The notes: a model not told the origin generated them from the letters alone. DNA of 63,569 nt from Candidatus Omnitrophota bacterium (GCA_026387435.1 JAPLLS010000085.1:1-63569); one strand, 5' to 3'. Shown: positions 7,247 to 17,766, counted from the stretch's first letter. Numbers and translations: made by a program.

Positions 7247-9526
7247 TTAAATTGACCTTCTGTATCTTTTCATGGAAAGAGAATTGCTCACAACCGATAC
7301 CGAGCTGAAAGCCATGGCCGCTCCGGCGACCATCGGGTTTAAAAGAAATCCGGTAAGAGGATAAAGTATTCCCGCGGCGATAGGGATGCCGATCAGATTA
7401 TAGAAAAAAGCCCAGAAAAGATTCTGCCTGATCTTTTTCATGGCAAAGCGGGACAGATCCAAAGCCATGACCACATCCCTGAGATCATCCTTGATCAGGA
7501 CTATGTCGCCCGACTCAATAGCGATATCCGTTCCGCTGCCGAGGGCGATTCCGATATCCGCCTGGGCCAATGCCGGAGCGTCATTAATCCCGTCTCCGAC
7601 CATGGCCACCTTTAACCCCAGCGATTGCAATTTTTTGATCTGTTCTTCTTTATCTTGCGGCAATACCTCGGAAAAAACATCGTCCAACCCCAGATACCGG
7701 GCAATCGATTCCGCGGTCCGGTGATTGTCCCCGGTGACCATCAAAACCTGCTTCTTAAGCTTTTTAAGAGCCGCTATTGCTTCCATGGCAAAATCTTTAA
7801 GGGTATCTCCGACCGCGACAAGCCCGATGATCTTGGAGCCGGAAACCAAAAACATTACCGTCTTACCCTGGTTTTCCATGAGTTCGGAATCAGCTTTGAC
7901 TTGATCCGCGATCTCGATCTTTTTCTTCTCCATCAATTTACGGTTACCAAAAAAGATCTGCTCGTTATTGAACCTGGCCATGACCCCTTTTCCGGGAAGA
8001 GCGACAAAATCCTGAACCTCATTAAGCTGAATATTCCTTTCCCTGGCTCCGGAGACTATAGCTTCAGCGACCGGATGTTCGGATTTTCTTTCTATGGAAG
8101 CGGCGAGGGCCAAGATCTCTTCCCGGTTGCGCGAGTGATAGGAAAGATAGTCGGTAAGCACCGGTTTCCCCCGGGTGAGTGTTCCGGTTTTATCAAAAAC
8201 CACCACATCGATCTTGTAAGCGGTCTCCAGGCTCGCCGGATTGCGGATCAGGATCCCGTTCTGGGCGGCGATCCCCGTGCCGACCATAACCGCGGTCGGA
8301 GTCGCCAGCCCTAAAGCGCAGGGGCAGGCGATGATCAATACCGAGATAAAAATATTCAAAGCGAAAATAAACTCCACTCCGGCCAAAAGCCAAGCCGCAA
8401 AAACGATGATCGCGATAATGAATACCGTAGGCACGAACGCAGCGGAGATCCGGTCAGCCAGTTCCTGGACCGGAGCCTTCTTGCCCTGAGCCTCCTCAAC
8501 CAGCTTAATGATCTGAGAGAGCATCGTATCAGAGCCGACATTGATCGCCTCTAATTTAAATGCCCCGGTCTTGTTGATCGTTCCGCAAACCGCCTCTTTT
8601 CCCGGAGATTTATCGACCGGCATGGATTCTCCGGTGATCATCGACTCATCAACGCTGGAATGGCCTTCAATAACTATGCCGTCAACAGCGATCCGTTCTC
8701 CGGGCTTGACTATAACTATATCTCCGATAATGATGTCTTCGACCGGGATCTCTTTTTCTTCAAACCCGCGGACAACCAGAGCGGTTTTGGGGGCCAAAGC
8801 CAGGAGTTTCTTAATGGCCTCGGAAGTTTTCCTTTTAGCGCTGGCTTCCAGGTATTTTCCCAAAAGAATAAACGTAACCAGGATCCCCGCGGTCTCGAAA
8901 TAAACCCCGTGCACAGGTAACTTTCCGACCACTTTCCAGGAAGCTACGGTGATAAAAAGACTGTAAAGATACGCGGCGCCGACTCCCAGCGAAACCAAAG
9001 TGTTCATATTGGCTCTTTTGGTCCGGATCAAAGAAAGTATCCCTTGATTGAAGAATTCCGAGCCGCAGAAGATTATCGGCGTGGCAAGCATTAGCTGAAC
9101 CAGCCAGCTATGCTCTGCGACGAACCCGGGGAGATACAGCTCGAATCCCGGGGCCATAGAGATATAGGCAATCGGCAGGGATAGAATAAACGAGATCCAG
9201 AACCTGATCCTGAGCTCCAATATCTCGCTGGACCTGAGCCTTTTTTCCTCTTCCTGATCAGATTCCTTATGCCCTTCTAAAGTCCGGTATCCGGCTTTCT
9301 CAATGGCCTTACGGATCCGTGAAACATCGGTCTTTCCGGGATCATAGCGGACAAAAGCCTGCTCAGTCCCCAGATTCACCCGGGCTTGGTTGATCCCCTC
9401 GGTTTTTTTAAGCACCCCCTCGATGGCAACAACACAGCTCGCGCAATGCATACCCAGGACATTGACGATCACTTCTTTATCGCCTTCAATATTTCCCGAA
9501 TCATTTCCCGCCGGATTAATCGCCAT
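7247..9526 (-). CDS. copA: Copper-translocating P1B-type ATPase
   Basis: N-terminal HMA domain GMHCASCV, transmembrane CPC, DKTGT phosphorylation site, GDGINDAP hinge. Confidence 0.9.
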   Translation of the reverse strand: MAINPAGNDSGNIEGDKEVIVNVLGMHCASCVVAIEGVLKKTEGINQARVNLGTEQAFVRYDPGKTDVSRIRKAIEKAGYRTLEGHKESDQEEEKRLRSSEILELRIRFWISFILSLPIAYISMAPGFELYLPGFVAEHSWLVQLMLATPIIFCGSEFFNQGILSLIRTKRANMNTLVSLGVGAAYLYSLFITVASWKVVGKLPVHGVYFETAGILVTFILLGKYLEASAKRKTSEAIKKLLALAPKTALVVRGFEEKEIPVEDIIIGDIVIVKPGERIAVDGIVIEGHSSVDESMITGESMPVDKSPGKEAVCGTINKTGAFKLEAINVGSDTMLSQIIKLVEEAQGKKAPVQELADRISAAFVPTVFIIAIIVFAAWLLAGVEFIFALNIFISVLIIACPCALGLATPTAVMVGTGIAAQNGILIRNPASLETAYKIDVVVFDKTGTLTRGKPVLTDYLSYHSRNREEILALAASIERKSEHPVAEAIVSGARERNIQLNEVQDFVALPGKGVMARFNNEQIFFGNRKLMEKKKIEIADQVKADSELMENQGKTVMFLVSGSKIIGLVAVGDTLKDFAMEAIAALKKLKKQVLMVTGDNHRTAESIARYLGLDDVFSEVLPQDKEEQIKKLQSLGLKVAMVGDGINDAPALAQADIGIALGSGTDIAIESGDIVLIKDDLRDVVMALDLSRFAMKKIRQNLFWAFFYNLIGIPIAAGILYPLTGFLLNPMVAGAAMAFSSVSVVSNSLSMKRYRRSI

Positions 9527-9555
9527 CTTTACCTCATCTTGAGCTAAGTTCGGTT

Positions 9556-10422
9556 TTAGTCTTTCTTGTGAATAGGAACAATACCGGCCATCTCCCCGAT
9601 GACATTGATCAATTCGGTCTGCGCCGGGATCACGATCTTGGCGTTATTAGCCAGGGCTTTTTCCACCGCCTCGAGCTTGCGCAAGATCTGGGCATTACCC
9701 ACAAAATACTGGTTAGCCGCTTCGTTAACCAACTTAATGGCCTGGGCTTCTCCGTCCGCCACTAGAACCCTGGCCTGCTTGACACCGTCGGCCTTCTTGA
9801 TCTCGGCGCGGCGGGCGCCGTCAGCCATGGTTTCGGTCGCGGTCGCGAAATCAATGGCGGCGATCTTTTCGTTCTCAGCCTTGACCACTTTGTTCATGGT
9901 CTCCTGGACGTCTTTGGGCGGGTCGATCTCCTTGAGTTCGGTGCGCACGATCTCCAGCCCCCATTCCGCGGTTTCTTTCATTAATGTCTTCTGTAATTCC
10001 TCATTGATCCGGCCTCTTTCGGAATTAGCCGATTTTAAGGTTAAAGTTCCTATAATGTTACGCAGAGTAGTGCGGGCAAGATTGACGATCTGATATTGGT
10101 AAGCGTTGACACTATACTGGCAGGCTTTAACGCTGTCTTCATCCTCTTTGACCTTGAAATAAACCTGGGCGTCAACCCGGGCGTTCAAATTGTCGTTGGT
10201 GATGATTTCCTGCGGTTCGGCGTCAACCATGACTTCGGTAACATTAACCAGATACAATTCATCTATAAAAGGTATGATCCAATTAAAACCCTTACTGGCA
10301 AAACGGTTATACTTACCTAAACGTTCGATAAGCCCGCGATGAGTAGGCCTTACGATTCTGACCCCCAGGAAAAAAAATACTACTACACCAAAACCAATGA
10401 TCCAACCCCAGAATCCCTGCAT
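9556..10422 (-). CDS. SPFH/Band-7 (stomatin/prohibitin-like) membrane protein
   Basis: N-terminal TM helix followed by an SPFH core (RGLIERLGKYNR...EIITNDNL...YQIVNLARTTLRNIIG) and an Ala/Glu-rich coiled tail. Confidence 0.85.
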   Translation of the reverse strand: MQGFWGWIIGFGVVVFFFLGVRIVRPTHRGLIERLGKYNRFASKGFNWIIPFIDELYLVNVTEVMVDAEPQEIITNDNLNARVDAQVYFKVKEDEDSVKACQYSVNAYQYQIVNLARTTLRNIIGTLTLKSANSERGRINEELQKTLMKETAEWGLEIVRTELKEIDPPKDVQETMNKVVKAENEKIAAIDFATATETMADGARRAEIKKADGVKQARVLVADGEAQAIKLVNEAANQYFVGNAQILRKLEAVEKALANNAKIVIPAQTELINVIGEMAGIVPIHKKD

Positions 10423-10526
10423 TTTCCCCTCCTTGTTATGTTTTGATTTTAAAAACTATTTTATCTTGAAAACCCGGCTTGTTCAATTCAAATTTGAAAA
10501 AACCTTTTCGTTTACAAATATCGAAG

Positions 10527-10856
10527 TTACGGCGCGGAAAATTCTTTTTCCAGGCCGCCGTAAATCGAACATTCGGCCTCAATTTTTATTTTATCGCCTT
10601 TTTTAAGTCCGGGTAGAGAAAAAGTTGCTCTTTGTCCGTCTTTATCTTGACCGGAGAAGCCTTGATTAACGACTTCTTCTTCATTAAGGGATATTTTTAT
10701 CGTTTTGATAAAATGCTTTGACGTGTTTTGGGAAGGATGCACCACGAAGACCCCGAGTTCGGAGCCGGAAATACTGATACCTATGTCTTCAGGAGGATTA
10801 GGGAAAGCGGGAACAAAAAAACTCAGGAGAAAGAAAGCGACAAGGAATATTTTCAT
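10527..10856 (-). CDS. Small secreted hypothetical protein (beta-rich)
   Basis: Signal-peptide-like MKIFLVAFFLLSFFVPAFP. No confidently recognised family; the resemblance to SoxZ-type Ig folds is weak. Confidence 0.45.
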   Translation of the reverse strand: MKIFLVAFFLLSFFVPAFPNPPEDIGISISGSELGVFVVHPSQNTSKHFIKTIKISLNEEEVVNQGFSGQDKDGQRATFSLPGLKKGDKIKIEAECSIYGGLEKEFSAP

Positions 10857-10869
10857 GGTTCCTCCAATT

Positions 10870-11559
10870 TTAAAGGTTAAGCCTTTTTCTTTTTAGAACA
10901 CAGGATTTATCTACTGCAGCGGTGATCTCGTCCAAGCGGTCAGCCAAGGCATCCGCCCGGGAAAGGTACTGCCTGGGCAGGCTGGTAGTCAAAGCGATAC
11001 AAAACATGCCCGCTCTTTTTGCGGATTCTATTCCCAGGGGAGCGTTTTCCACTACCGCGCAAAGGCCGGCCTTGGTTTTAAGAGCTTTGGCTGCGCGCAG
11101 GTAAGGTTCGGGGTCTGGTTTTCCTTTTTTTACTTTATCCCCGGCAATAATACAATCGAACAACACTTTTATTGAAGAGGGAAGGATCTTTTTGATCTCC
11201 GCTTCCGGCGTGCCGGTAACCAGCCCCAAAAGATACCCCTTATTCTTCAGGCAGACCAGAAATTCCTGGGCCCCCGGGAAGATGAAACGCTTGAAATATT
11301 TCCGGAAAATTTTTTTGCGGCTTAAGAATATCTTTTTAAAAAGTTTATCGCTGACTTTTATTCCCGAGCGCAAAAACAGTTCCCTCAATGTCTTCTCCCA
11401 GCGTTCACCTTCTTTGGAATAAACGTCGAAACAGCTGACCCTGATCCCGTAAGGCATTAAAGCCTCGTACCAGGCAAGATAATGATAAGGCATGGAATCG
11501 ACAATAACTCCGTCCATATCAAAAATTATCGCTCTAAAGCGGGATTTAACTTTTAACAT
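10870..11559 (-). CDS. HAD-superfamily hydrolase (beta-phosphoglucomutase-like subfamily IA)
   Basis: Motif I IFDMDGVIVDS, motif II LVTGT, motif III/IV K...GDKVKKGKPDPEPY...ENAPLGIESAKRAG. Confidence 0.8.
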   Translation of the reverse strand: MLKVKSRFRAIIFDMDGVIVDSMPYHYLAWYEALMPYGIRVSCFDVYSKEGERWEKTLRELFLRSGIKVSDKLFKKIFLSRKKIFRKYFKRFIFPGAQEFLVCLKNKGYLLGLVTGTPEAEIKKILPSSIKVLFDCIIAGDKVKKGKPDPEPYLRAAKALKTKAGLCAVVENAPLGIESAKRAGMFCIALTTSLPRQYLSRADALADRLDEITAAVDKSCVLKRKRLNL

Positions 11560-11569
11560 CTTGGGCTTG

Positions 11570-12301
11570 TTAACACTCGCTCGTGTTATCCAGAGACATG
11601 TTTCTCTCCACGAATTCCACGATCTTCTCCTGGGTCGAAGTATCCAGGTGGTAGAATTCCAATCCCATGGCCGGATAAAGCTGCGGCTGGATGTTTTTTT
11701 CGACCAGCCACACTACCACAGCTTCGATCTCCAGAAGCCCGGGAGCGGGCCTGAGCGTAAGTTTAATATCCAGGATCTCGCCTAATTTATAAATTTCCTT
11801 TTCCGCAAAAACCAACATCCCCACGCCGCTGATATTCAAAACCTTGCCCTGGTGGAATTTACTTTCTTTTTTGGACTTAAACTCGATTACTATATCCAGA
11901 GGCAGGCGTTTAAACCTGCGGCGCAACTTTTTTTTCTGGATGAGCGAAATAGTCTTGTCTTCCTCGAAGCTGCGCAGCGCAGTATCCAGGTCATCATAAA
12001 TCTCGAAGACCTTGTCCAGGCAAACCAGGTTAAATACTTTGCGGATATGCAAAGCGACCGATGCGAACTTCATCCTGCCGCCATGGTTGGCCACGTTCTT
12101 GTAAGCCAGGGCCAGGGCGGACATCCCGGCGTAATCGATCAAATCTACCTCTTGAAAATCACAAACCAGATCCTCATACCCGTTTTCCAGGGCCCAGCCG
12201 ACTTTTTCCACCAGGTTCGATGAATTAATGTCCACGTTTCCCGACAAATTCAGAACGCCTACCTGTTTTACTTTCTTAAAGTTGACTTCCAGCATGCCCA
12301 T
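11570..12301 (-). CDS. STAS (anti-sigma-factor-antagonist-like) domain fused to a PilZ c-di-GMP-binding domain
   Basis: N-terminal STAS-like LNLSGNVDINSSNLVE...CDFQEVDLIDYAGMSALALAY. C-terminal PilZ motifs RRRFKR (RxxxR) and NISGVG (D/NxSxxG). Confidence 0.7.
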   Translation of the reverse strand: MGMLEVNFKKVKQVGVLNLSGNVDINSSNLVEKVGWALENGYEDLVCDFQEVDLIDYAGMSALALAYKNVANHGGRMKFASVALHIRKVFNLVCLDKVFEIYDDLDTALRSFEEDKTISLIQKKKLRRRFKRLPLDIVIEFKSKKESKFHQGKVLNISGVGMLVFAEKEIYKLGEILDIKLTLRPAPGLLEIEAVVVWLVEKNIQPQLYPAMGLEFYHLDTSTQEKIVEFVERNMSLDNTSEC

Positions 12302-12315
12302 ATTTTACCACACTT

Positions 12316-13605
12316 TCAGGTTTTCCATAAAGCTGTTATCGCTTCGGCGTTTTTGACGGTGGCCCCCTGATTTTCCAGGATAACCTTGCGGCTGGCATTG
12401 CCCAACTCAAGAATTCTATGTTTATCTTCCAGTAACTTTTTTAATTCGATTTCCAGCTCCCCCGCGTCATTAACCATGATCCCGGCATTATTCTTGAGAA
12501 AGATCTCGGCAATATCGCGAAAATTGAACATGTATTTGCCGAACAGGATCGGTTTGCCCAAAGACGCGGGTTCCAGGATATTATGGCCGCCGCTTTTTGT
12601 CAGGCTTCCTCCCACAAAGACTATATCCGCGATGGCATAGAAATACATTAACTGGCCGATGGTGTCCAGGATAAAAACCTGTTTGCGGCCGGAAGACCCG
12701 TTCCCCCCGTTCAAGCGGGGCAGCTGGGAAATCCTGCGGGCCACAAGACGCGGATACTTATTGATAAGCTTGACCAGGGATTCGCTTCTTTCCGGATGGC
12801 GGGGCACGACCAAAAGCTTTAAATCGGGAAAGCTGCTTAGCAGATCAAGATAAACCTTCAAGATCTCTTCTTCCTCGCCCGGGTGAGTGCTGGCCGCGAC
12901 AATAAGTTTTTCCTTGATCCTCACCCCCAGCTTAACCCGGTAATCCGCGTAATCTTTTCTTAGATCCTCGTAATCCCGGATTTTGATGTCGAATTTCATA
13001 TTCCCGGTGAGTTTGATCTTTTTTGTTGCTACCCCCAGTTGTTCCAACCGCCGGGCATCAACTTGAGTTTGCACGCAGAAAACGCTGACTTTGTTCAGGA
13101 GAGGCTTGATCAAAAATCTGACCAGAAGGTATTTCTTGAAAGACCGGTCAGAAATCCGGGTATTAACTACGGCGATCGGGATATTTTTTTTATAAAGACA
13201 GCTGATGAGATTCGGCCAGATCTCGGTCTCGGCGATCACAAATAGCGTTGGGCGGATCCTATCGATGACTTTCCGCACGATCCAGCTAAAATCCAGGGGA
13301 AGATAGATCACCGCGTCGTTTTTACCGGCAATGGATCTCGCGATCTTGTTGCCGGTAGGAGTGACTGTAGAAATGATAAAATCTTTTTGGGGAAATTTTT
13401 CTTTTAAATTCTCCACCAGGTGCCTGATCGACATTGCCTCGCCCACGCTGACCGCGTGAATCCAGATGGGGCCGTCGAGCTCGGGGATCCGGAGAAACAA
13501 GCCCAGGCGCATGGCAAAACCGGCGTGAAACTTTCTTTTGAATAAAAAAACCGGCAAATAAAAAACGGCGAATATAAAAAATATCAGATCGTAAAGAAAG
13601 TTCAT
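12316..13605 (-). CDS. waaA: 3-deoxy-D-manno-octulosonic acid (Kdo) transferase
   Basis: IWIHAVSVGE motif, an N-terminal membrane anchor, and a GT30-like C-terminal half (GGSLTKSGGHNILEP). Confidence 0.85.
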   Translation of the reverse strand: MNFLYDLIFFIFAVFYLPVFLFKRKFHAGFAMRLGLFLRIPELDGPIWIHAVSVGEAMSIRHLVENLKEKFPQKDFIISTVTPTGNKIARSIAGKNDAVIYLPLDFSWIVRKVIDRIRPTLFVIAETEIWPNLISCLYKKNIPIAVVNTRISDRSFKKYLLVRFLIKPLLNKVSVFCVQTQVDARRLEQLGVATKKIKLTGNMKFDIKIRDYEDLRKDYADYRVKLGVRIKEKLIVAASTHPGEEEEILKVYLDLLSSFPDLKLLVVPRHPERSESLVKLINKYPRLVARRISQLPRLNGGNGSSGRKQVFILDTIGQLMYFYAIADIVFVGGSLTKSGGHNILEPASLGKPILFGKYMFNFRDIAEIFLKNNAGIMVNDAGELEIELKKLLEDKHRILELGNASRKVILENQGATVKNAEAITALWKT

Positions 13606-13614
13606 ATTCTGTTT

Positions 13615-14475
13615 TTATGCCCTCGGATGCGCTTTGTCGTAGACGCTTTTTAATTTCTCGGTGGTCAAGTGAGTATAAATCTGGGTCGAGGAAAGATTCG
13701 CGTGGCCCAAAAGTTCCTGGACGGTCCTTAAATCAGCTCCGCGATTCAATAAATGCGTGGCAAAAGAGTGCCTTAAGGTATGCGGAGATACCCCTTGTTT
13801 CATCCCGGAAAGTTTCAGGTATTTGCCGACGATATTCCGGACCCCCCTGTCGGTGATCCTGGTTCCCCGTTTATTAAGAAAAACAGCACTGGTTTGTTTT
13901 TTTCTTTTTTCCAGATAATCCCTTAAGCTGGAGATCGCCTTATCTCCTATGGGAGCGATGCGTTCTTTCTTGCCTTTGCCCTTGAGTTTAACTACTCCTC
14001 CGATAAAATCCAGGTCCTCCTGGCTAAGGCTAACGAGTTCGCTGATACGCATTCCCGTGCTGTAAAAAGTCTCCAATATCGCCCGGTCGCGCAGCCCCAT
14101 CTCGTCCTTGGCTAGGCTCGATTCGATCAGCCGGGTAACTTCTTCTTCGGTCAGAAACTGAGGCAGATGCTTGTCCAGCTTGGGGCTGGATACGCTTAAG
14201 ATCGGATTAGTTTTGAGAAAACCTTCGCGGGTCAGGAATTTAAAAAATGACCGCAAAGCCGAGAGATGTCTGGCCATGCTCCTTGAACCCAGCTTCTTCT
14301 CTTTGAGGACAGCCAGGTATTTTCTCAAAAGCAGATAATCCACGGATTCGACCGGAGTTTCACCCAGAAACTTGAGAAAGTCGTTAAGGTCAAGGCGGTA
14401 ATTAAGGATCGTATGGGTTGAATAGTTCTTCTCGATCTCGAGGTACCGGACAAATTTTTCAATAAGCCTGTCCAT
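13615..14475 (-). CDS. xerC: Tyrosine recombinase, XerC/XerD family
   Basis: SAM-like N-domain (YLEIEKNYSTHTILNYRLDL), catalytic R (GMRISEL), HTLRHSFATHLL, and LLGHANLSSTQIYTH carrying the nucleophile Tyr. Confidence 0.8.
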   Translation of the reverse strand: MDRLIEKFVRYLEIEKNYSTHTILNYRLDLNDFLKFLGETPVESVDYLLLRKYLAVLKEKKLGSRSMARHLSALRSFFKFLTREGFLKTNPILSVSSPKLDKHLPQFLTEEEVTRLIESSLAKDEMGLRDRAILETFYSTGMRISELVSLSQEDLDFIGGVVKLKGKGKKERIAPIGDKAISSLRDYLEKRKKQTSAVFLNKRGTRITDRGVRNIVGKYLKLSGMKQGVSPHTLRHSFATHLLNRGADLRTVQELLGHANLSSTQIYTHLTTEKLKSVYDKAHPRA

Positions 14476-14476
14476 A

Positions 14477-16444
14477 TTACTCCTGGCCTTCCTCGCTGTC
14501 CTGAGGCAGGTTCTTGGATATATAAGTGCACTTGGGATAATTCGAGCAGCCGTAGAAAAACCCGCGTTTGGAACGGCGCTGGATCAACTCTCCGCTGCAG
14601 CCGGGCTGAGGGCATTTCACCCCGGAAGTGATGGACTTGGAATTCTTGCAGGCCGGAAAATCCGAGCAGCTTAAAAACTTGCCTTTTCTTCCCCACTTGA
14701 TGATCATCGGCTTGCCGCATTTTTCGCAGATATCGTCTGTAGTGATCACTTCTTTTTTGATGTTCAAAGAAGCAAAATCAAAACTCATCTTGAACGGGCC
14801 GTAAAAATCGGTAAGCACCTTTTGGCGGCCGATTTTTCCCTCTTCCACGCCATCGAGCTCCCCCTCCATAAAAGCGGTAAATTTAACATCGATTATTTCC
14901 GGAAAATATTCAATAAGCATGTCGCAAACCTTAAAACCCAGTTCAGTAGGATTAAGATAACCTTTGATCCGGTGCACGTATCCGCGCTGGATAAGCGTGG
15001 AAATGATCGGCGCGTAAGTCGAAGGCCGGCCGATCCCCTCTTCTTCGAGGATCTTGACCAGCGAGCTGTCCGAGAATCTCGGGGGGGGCTTGGTAAAATG
15101 CTGCGAAGGTAAAAGTTTCACCAATTCCAGGATCTCGTCTTTCTCCAATACAGGGATCTCGTTTTTTTCCTTTTCCTCATCGGGCTTTTCATAGATCGCG
15201 CTGAAACCTTTAAAGATCAACTTGCTGCCGGAGGAAGAGAATATATAATCCCCGGCCTGGATACTTACCGAAGTCTGCAAGTAACGCGCAGGGGACATTT
15301 GACTGGCAATGAAACGGTTATAGATCAATTCAAATAGTTTATATTGATCATCGGTAAGGTATTTCTTAAGGCTTGCCGGAGAATGAGAGATTAAAGTAGG
15401 ACGGATAGCCTCATGGGCCTGCTGGGCGAATTTTTTAGTTTTGTAGACCGGAGGCTTCTCAGGAAGATATTCCTTGCCGAAATTTTTCAGGATCAGCTCC
15501 CTGGCCTGGCTGACCGCTTCCACGGCGATATTGGTGGAATCGGTACGCATGTAGGTAATAAGGCCCACCGGGGTTTCTTCGCCGATATCAATGCCTTCGT
15601 AAAGTTGCTGAGCCAAGATCATGGTTTTGGCGGCGTTAAACCTTAATTTATTAAACGATTCCTGCTGCAGGCTGCTGGTGATAAACGGCGGGTCGGAAGA
15701 ACGTTTTTTTTCGGTTTTCTTGACTTCTAACACCTTGAATTCCCGGCCGGCAAGTTCATTGACGATTTGATCGGCTTCCTGCTGATTTTTTATTTCTATT
15801 TTCCGGGAATCTTTTTTGTCGAGTTTAGCGGTAAATATCGAGTTTTCTTTACGCAGCTGGGCCTCGATCTCCCAGTATTCGTGGGGTTTAAAATCCAGGA
15901 TCTGCCTTTCCCGTTCAATGATCAGCCGCAAAGCCACAGACTGGACCCTGCCTGCGCTTAAACCCCGGGCGATCTTCTTCCAGAGTAAAGGGCTGAGCAA
16001 ATATCCGACTATCCGGTCCAGGATCCGGCGGGCAATCTGAGCTTCGACCATGTTCTGGTCGAATTCCCGCGGAGACTCAAAAGCATGGCGTATGGCCTCG
16101 GCGGTGATCTCATGGAAATTGACCCGCTTTACCGCTTTATCCTTAAAGATCGCTTCCTTGATATGCCAGCCGATAGCTTCGCCTTCCCGGTCAGGGTCGG
16201 TTGCCATATAGATATTAGACACGCCTTTAGCGTCTTTTTTCAGTTGAGCCAGAAGCTTCTTGCGCCCGGCAAGGATCTTATAAGTCGGGACAAACCCCGC
16301 CTCAATATCGACTCCCATTTTCTTCTCGGGCAGATCGATCACATGGCCCATGGAAGGCACAACCGTAAAATTGCTGCCCAGTATCTTGCTAATTGTCCTG
16401 GCCTTGGTCGGAGACTCGACGATAACCAGATTTTTATCTGCCAT
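14477..16444 (-). CDS. topA: DNA topoisomerase I (type IA) with two C-terminal zinc ribbons
   Basis: Toprim LVIVESPTKA, ATDPDREGEAI, active-site region GLITYMRTDS. CEKCGKPM...CSDFPAC and CPQPGCSGEL...CSNYPKC zinc ribbons. Start moved to ATG 16444 (MADKNLVIVESP). Confidence 0.9.
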   Translation of the reverse strand: MADKNLVIVESPTKARTISKILGSNFTVVPSMGHVIDLPEKKMGVDIEAGFVPTYKILAGRKKLLAQLKKDAKGVSNIYMATDPDREGEAIGWHIKEAIFKDKAVKRVNFHEITAEAIRHAFESPREFDQNMVEAQIARRILDRIVGYLLSPLLWKKIARGLSAGRVQSVALRLIIERERQILDFKPHEYWEIEAQLRKENSIFTAKLDKKDSRKIEIKNQQEADQIVNELAGREFKVLEVKKTEKKRSSDPPFITSSLQQESFNKLRFNAAKTMILAQQLYEGIDIGEETPVGLITYMRTDSTNIAVEAVSQARELILKNFGKEYLPEKPPVYKTKKFAQQAHEAIRPTLISHSPASLKKYLTDDQYKLFELIYNRFIASQMSPARYLQTSVSIQAGDYIFSSSGSKLIFKGFSAIYEKPDEEKEKNEIPVLEKDEILELVKLLPSQHFTKPPPRFSDSSLVKILEEEGIGRPSTYAPIISTLIQRGYVHRIKGYLNPTELGFKVCDMLIEYFPEIIDVKFTAFMEGELDGVEEGKIGRQKVLTDFYGPFKMSFDFASLNIKKEVITTDDICEKCGKPMIIKWGRKGKFLSCSDFPACKNSKSITSGVKCPQPGCSGELIQRRSKRGFFYGCSNYPKCTYISKNLPQDSEEGQE

Positions 16445-17567
16445 TCTTAACCCTTTCAAAAAGTTTTCCCGCGAGAACGCGGATCTTCTTCTTTAATTGC
16501 AAACTTAAGAGATTTAAAGATATTTCACCTATTGCCAGCCCGGTTTTTTGCACAACTTCATCAACCGAAGAGGCTTGAGTAGATATTATATTATACAAAA
16601 GCTCCTCTGTGCAAGATAAACCTTGTTGGGGGGAAAGAGATCTTTTGCCCTCTTCCAAAGACTCCCGGTGATTTTGAACCGCAAAAAAGGGGAATTCTTC
16701 CAGGATATCCTCGATGCCGGAGACCAATTTTGCGCCTTGCTGGATCAAAGAGTTAGTGCCGAAAGAACTTACGGAATCGACTTTTCCGGGAATGGCAAAA
16801 ACTTCCCTGCCCTGCTCCAAGGCGAAATGCGAGGTAATCAAAGCTCCGCTGTTACGGCAAGCCTCAACCACTAACACCCCTAAAGAGAGGCCGCTGATCA
16901 AGCGGTTCCTGCGAGGAAAATTCTGCTTCAGCGGTTGGGCCTCTACAGGGAACTCTGAAACTACTGCGCCGTTAGAAGCGATCTGTTCAGCTAACTTTTG
17001 GTTTTCCTGCGGATAGATGTTAAGTATTCCGCTGCCAATAACCGCGATAGTTCGGCCCCTGGCTTTTATCGCCCCCTTATGAGCCGCGGTATCTATGCCC
17101 CGGGCCATCCCGGAAATCACCGTAAAACCGTTAGCAACCAGATCTCCGGAGAATTTCTCGGCGCAGCTTAATCCGTAAAAAGAAGCCCGGCGTGAGCCCA
17201 CTATGGCCAGCCCAAGATTATCCCTGGGCAAAAGCTGTCCTTTTAGATAAATTACGATCGGTGGATCGTAAATAAATTTGAGATTTCGCGGATAATCAAG
17301 ATCGTTCCAGAAGAGGATCCTGACATTATTCTTCCTGGCCAAAGATAATTCCCGGTCTATAGCCTTTTTATCCAGAGATACGATCCGGGAAGCAATGATC
17401 TCTCCTATGCCGTCTACCCCCATCAGCTTATCCCTGGAAGCCGAGAGGATATTCTGCGGAGTACCAAAAGCCTCAAGCAGCCGCTTCAGCCGAATGCTAC
17501 CAATATCCATTACCAGATTCAATCCTACTAATGCTTCGATTTCTGTCACAGCCACCTCCACATACAA
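16434..17567 (-). CDS. dprA: DNA-processing protein DprA (Smf)
   Basis: Rossmann-like core AIVGSRRASFYG...VISGMARGIDTAAHKGA...TIAVIGSGILNIYPQEN and a C-terminal winged-helix region. Confidence 0.85.
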   Translation of the reverse strand: MYVEVAVTEIEALVGLNLVMDIGSIRLKRLLEAFGTPQNILSASRDKLMGVDGIGEIIASRIVSLDKKAIDRELSLARKNNVRILFWNDLDYPRNLKFIYDPPIVIYLKGQLLPRDNLGLAIVGSRRASFYGLSCAEKFSGDLVANGFTVISGMARGIDTAAHKGAIKARGRTIAVIGSGILNIYPQENQKLAEQIASNGAVVSEFPVEAQPLKQNFPRRNRLISGLSLGVLVVEACRNSGALITSHFALEQGREVFAIPGKVDSVSSFGTNSLIQQGAKLVSGIEDILEEFPFFAVQNHRESLEEGKRSLSPQQGLSCTEELLYNIISTQASSVDEVVQKTGLAIGEISLNLLSLQLKKKIRVLAGKLFERVKNGR

Positions 17568-17766
17568 TAGACGCGGCGCCAGGACAAATCTAACATTTTT
17601 TTAATTGCTAAAATCACTTATTTATTAATGGAGGGAATTAAAGGACGGTTTACTTCGCGGCGTAAAGAGAAAATACGAAAAGATTTATCTTGCAACCACT
17701 TGTCTCTTAGGTAATTATGTAAAGCGTCTATAATGAATTGGGCAAGGAATTGAATGCTTTTGAGTT

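Noticed and set aside
7625-8314. Long antisense ORFs nested in real genes (for example 7625-8314 in copA, 42234-43181 in purD, 52585-53169 in purB, 19784-20374 in aroC, 14325-14720 in topA/xerC)
   Set aside because: All lie opposite strongly supported genes and give low-complexity Arg/Ser/Pro-rich translations typical of antisense frames. None has a recognisable motif or an independent start context.
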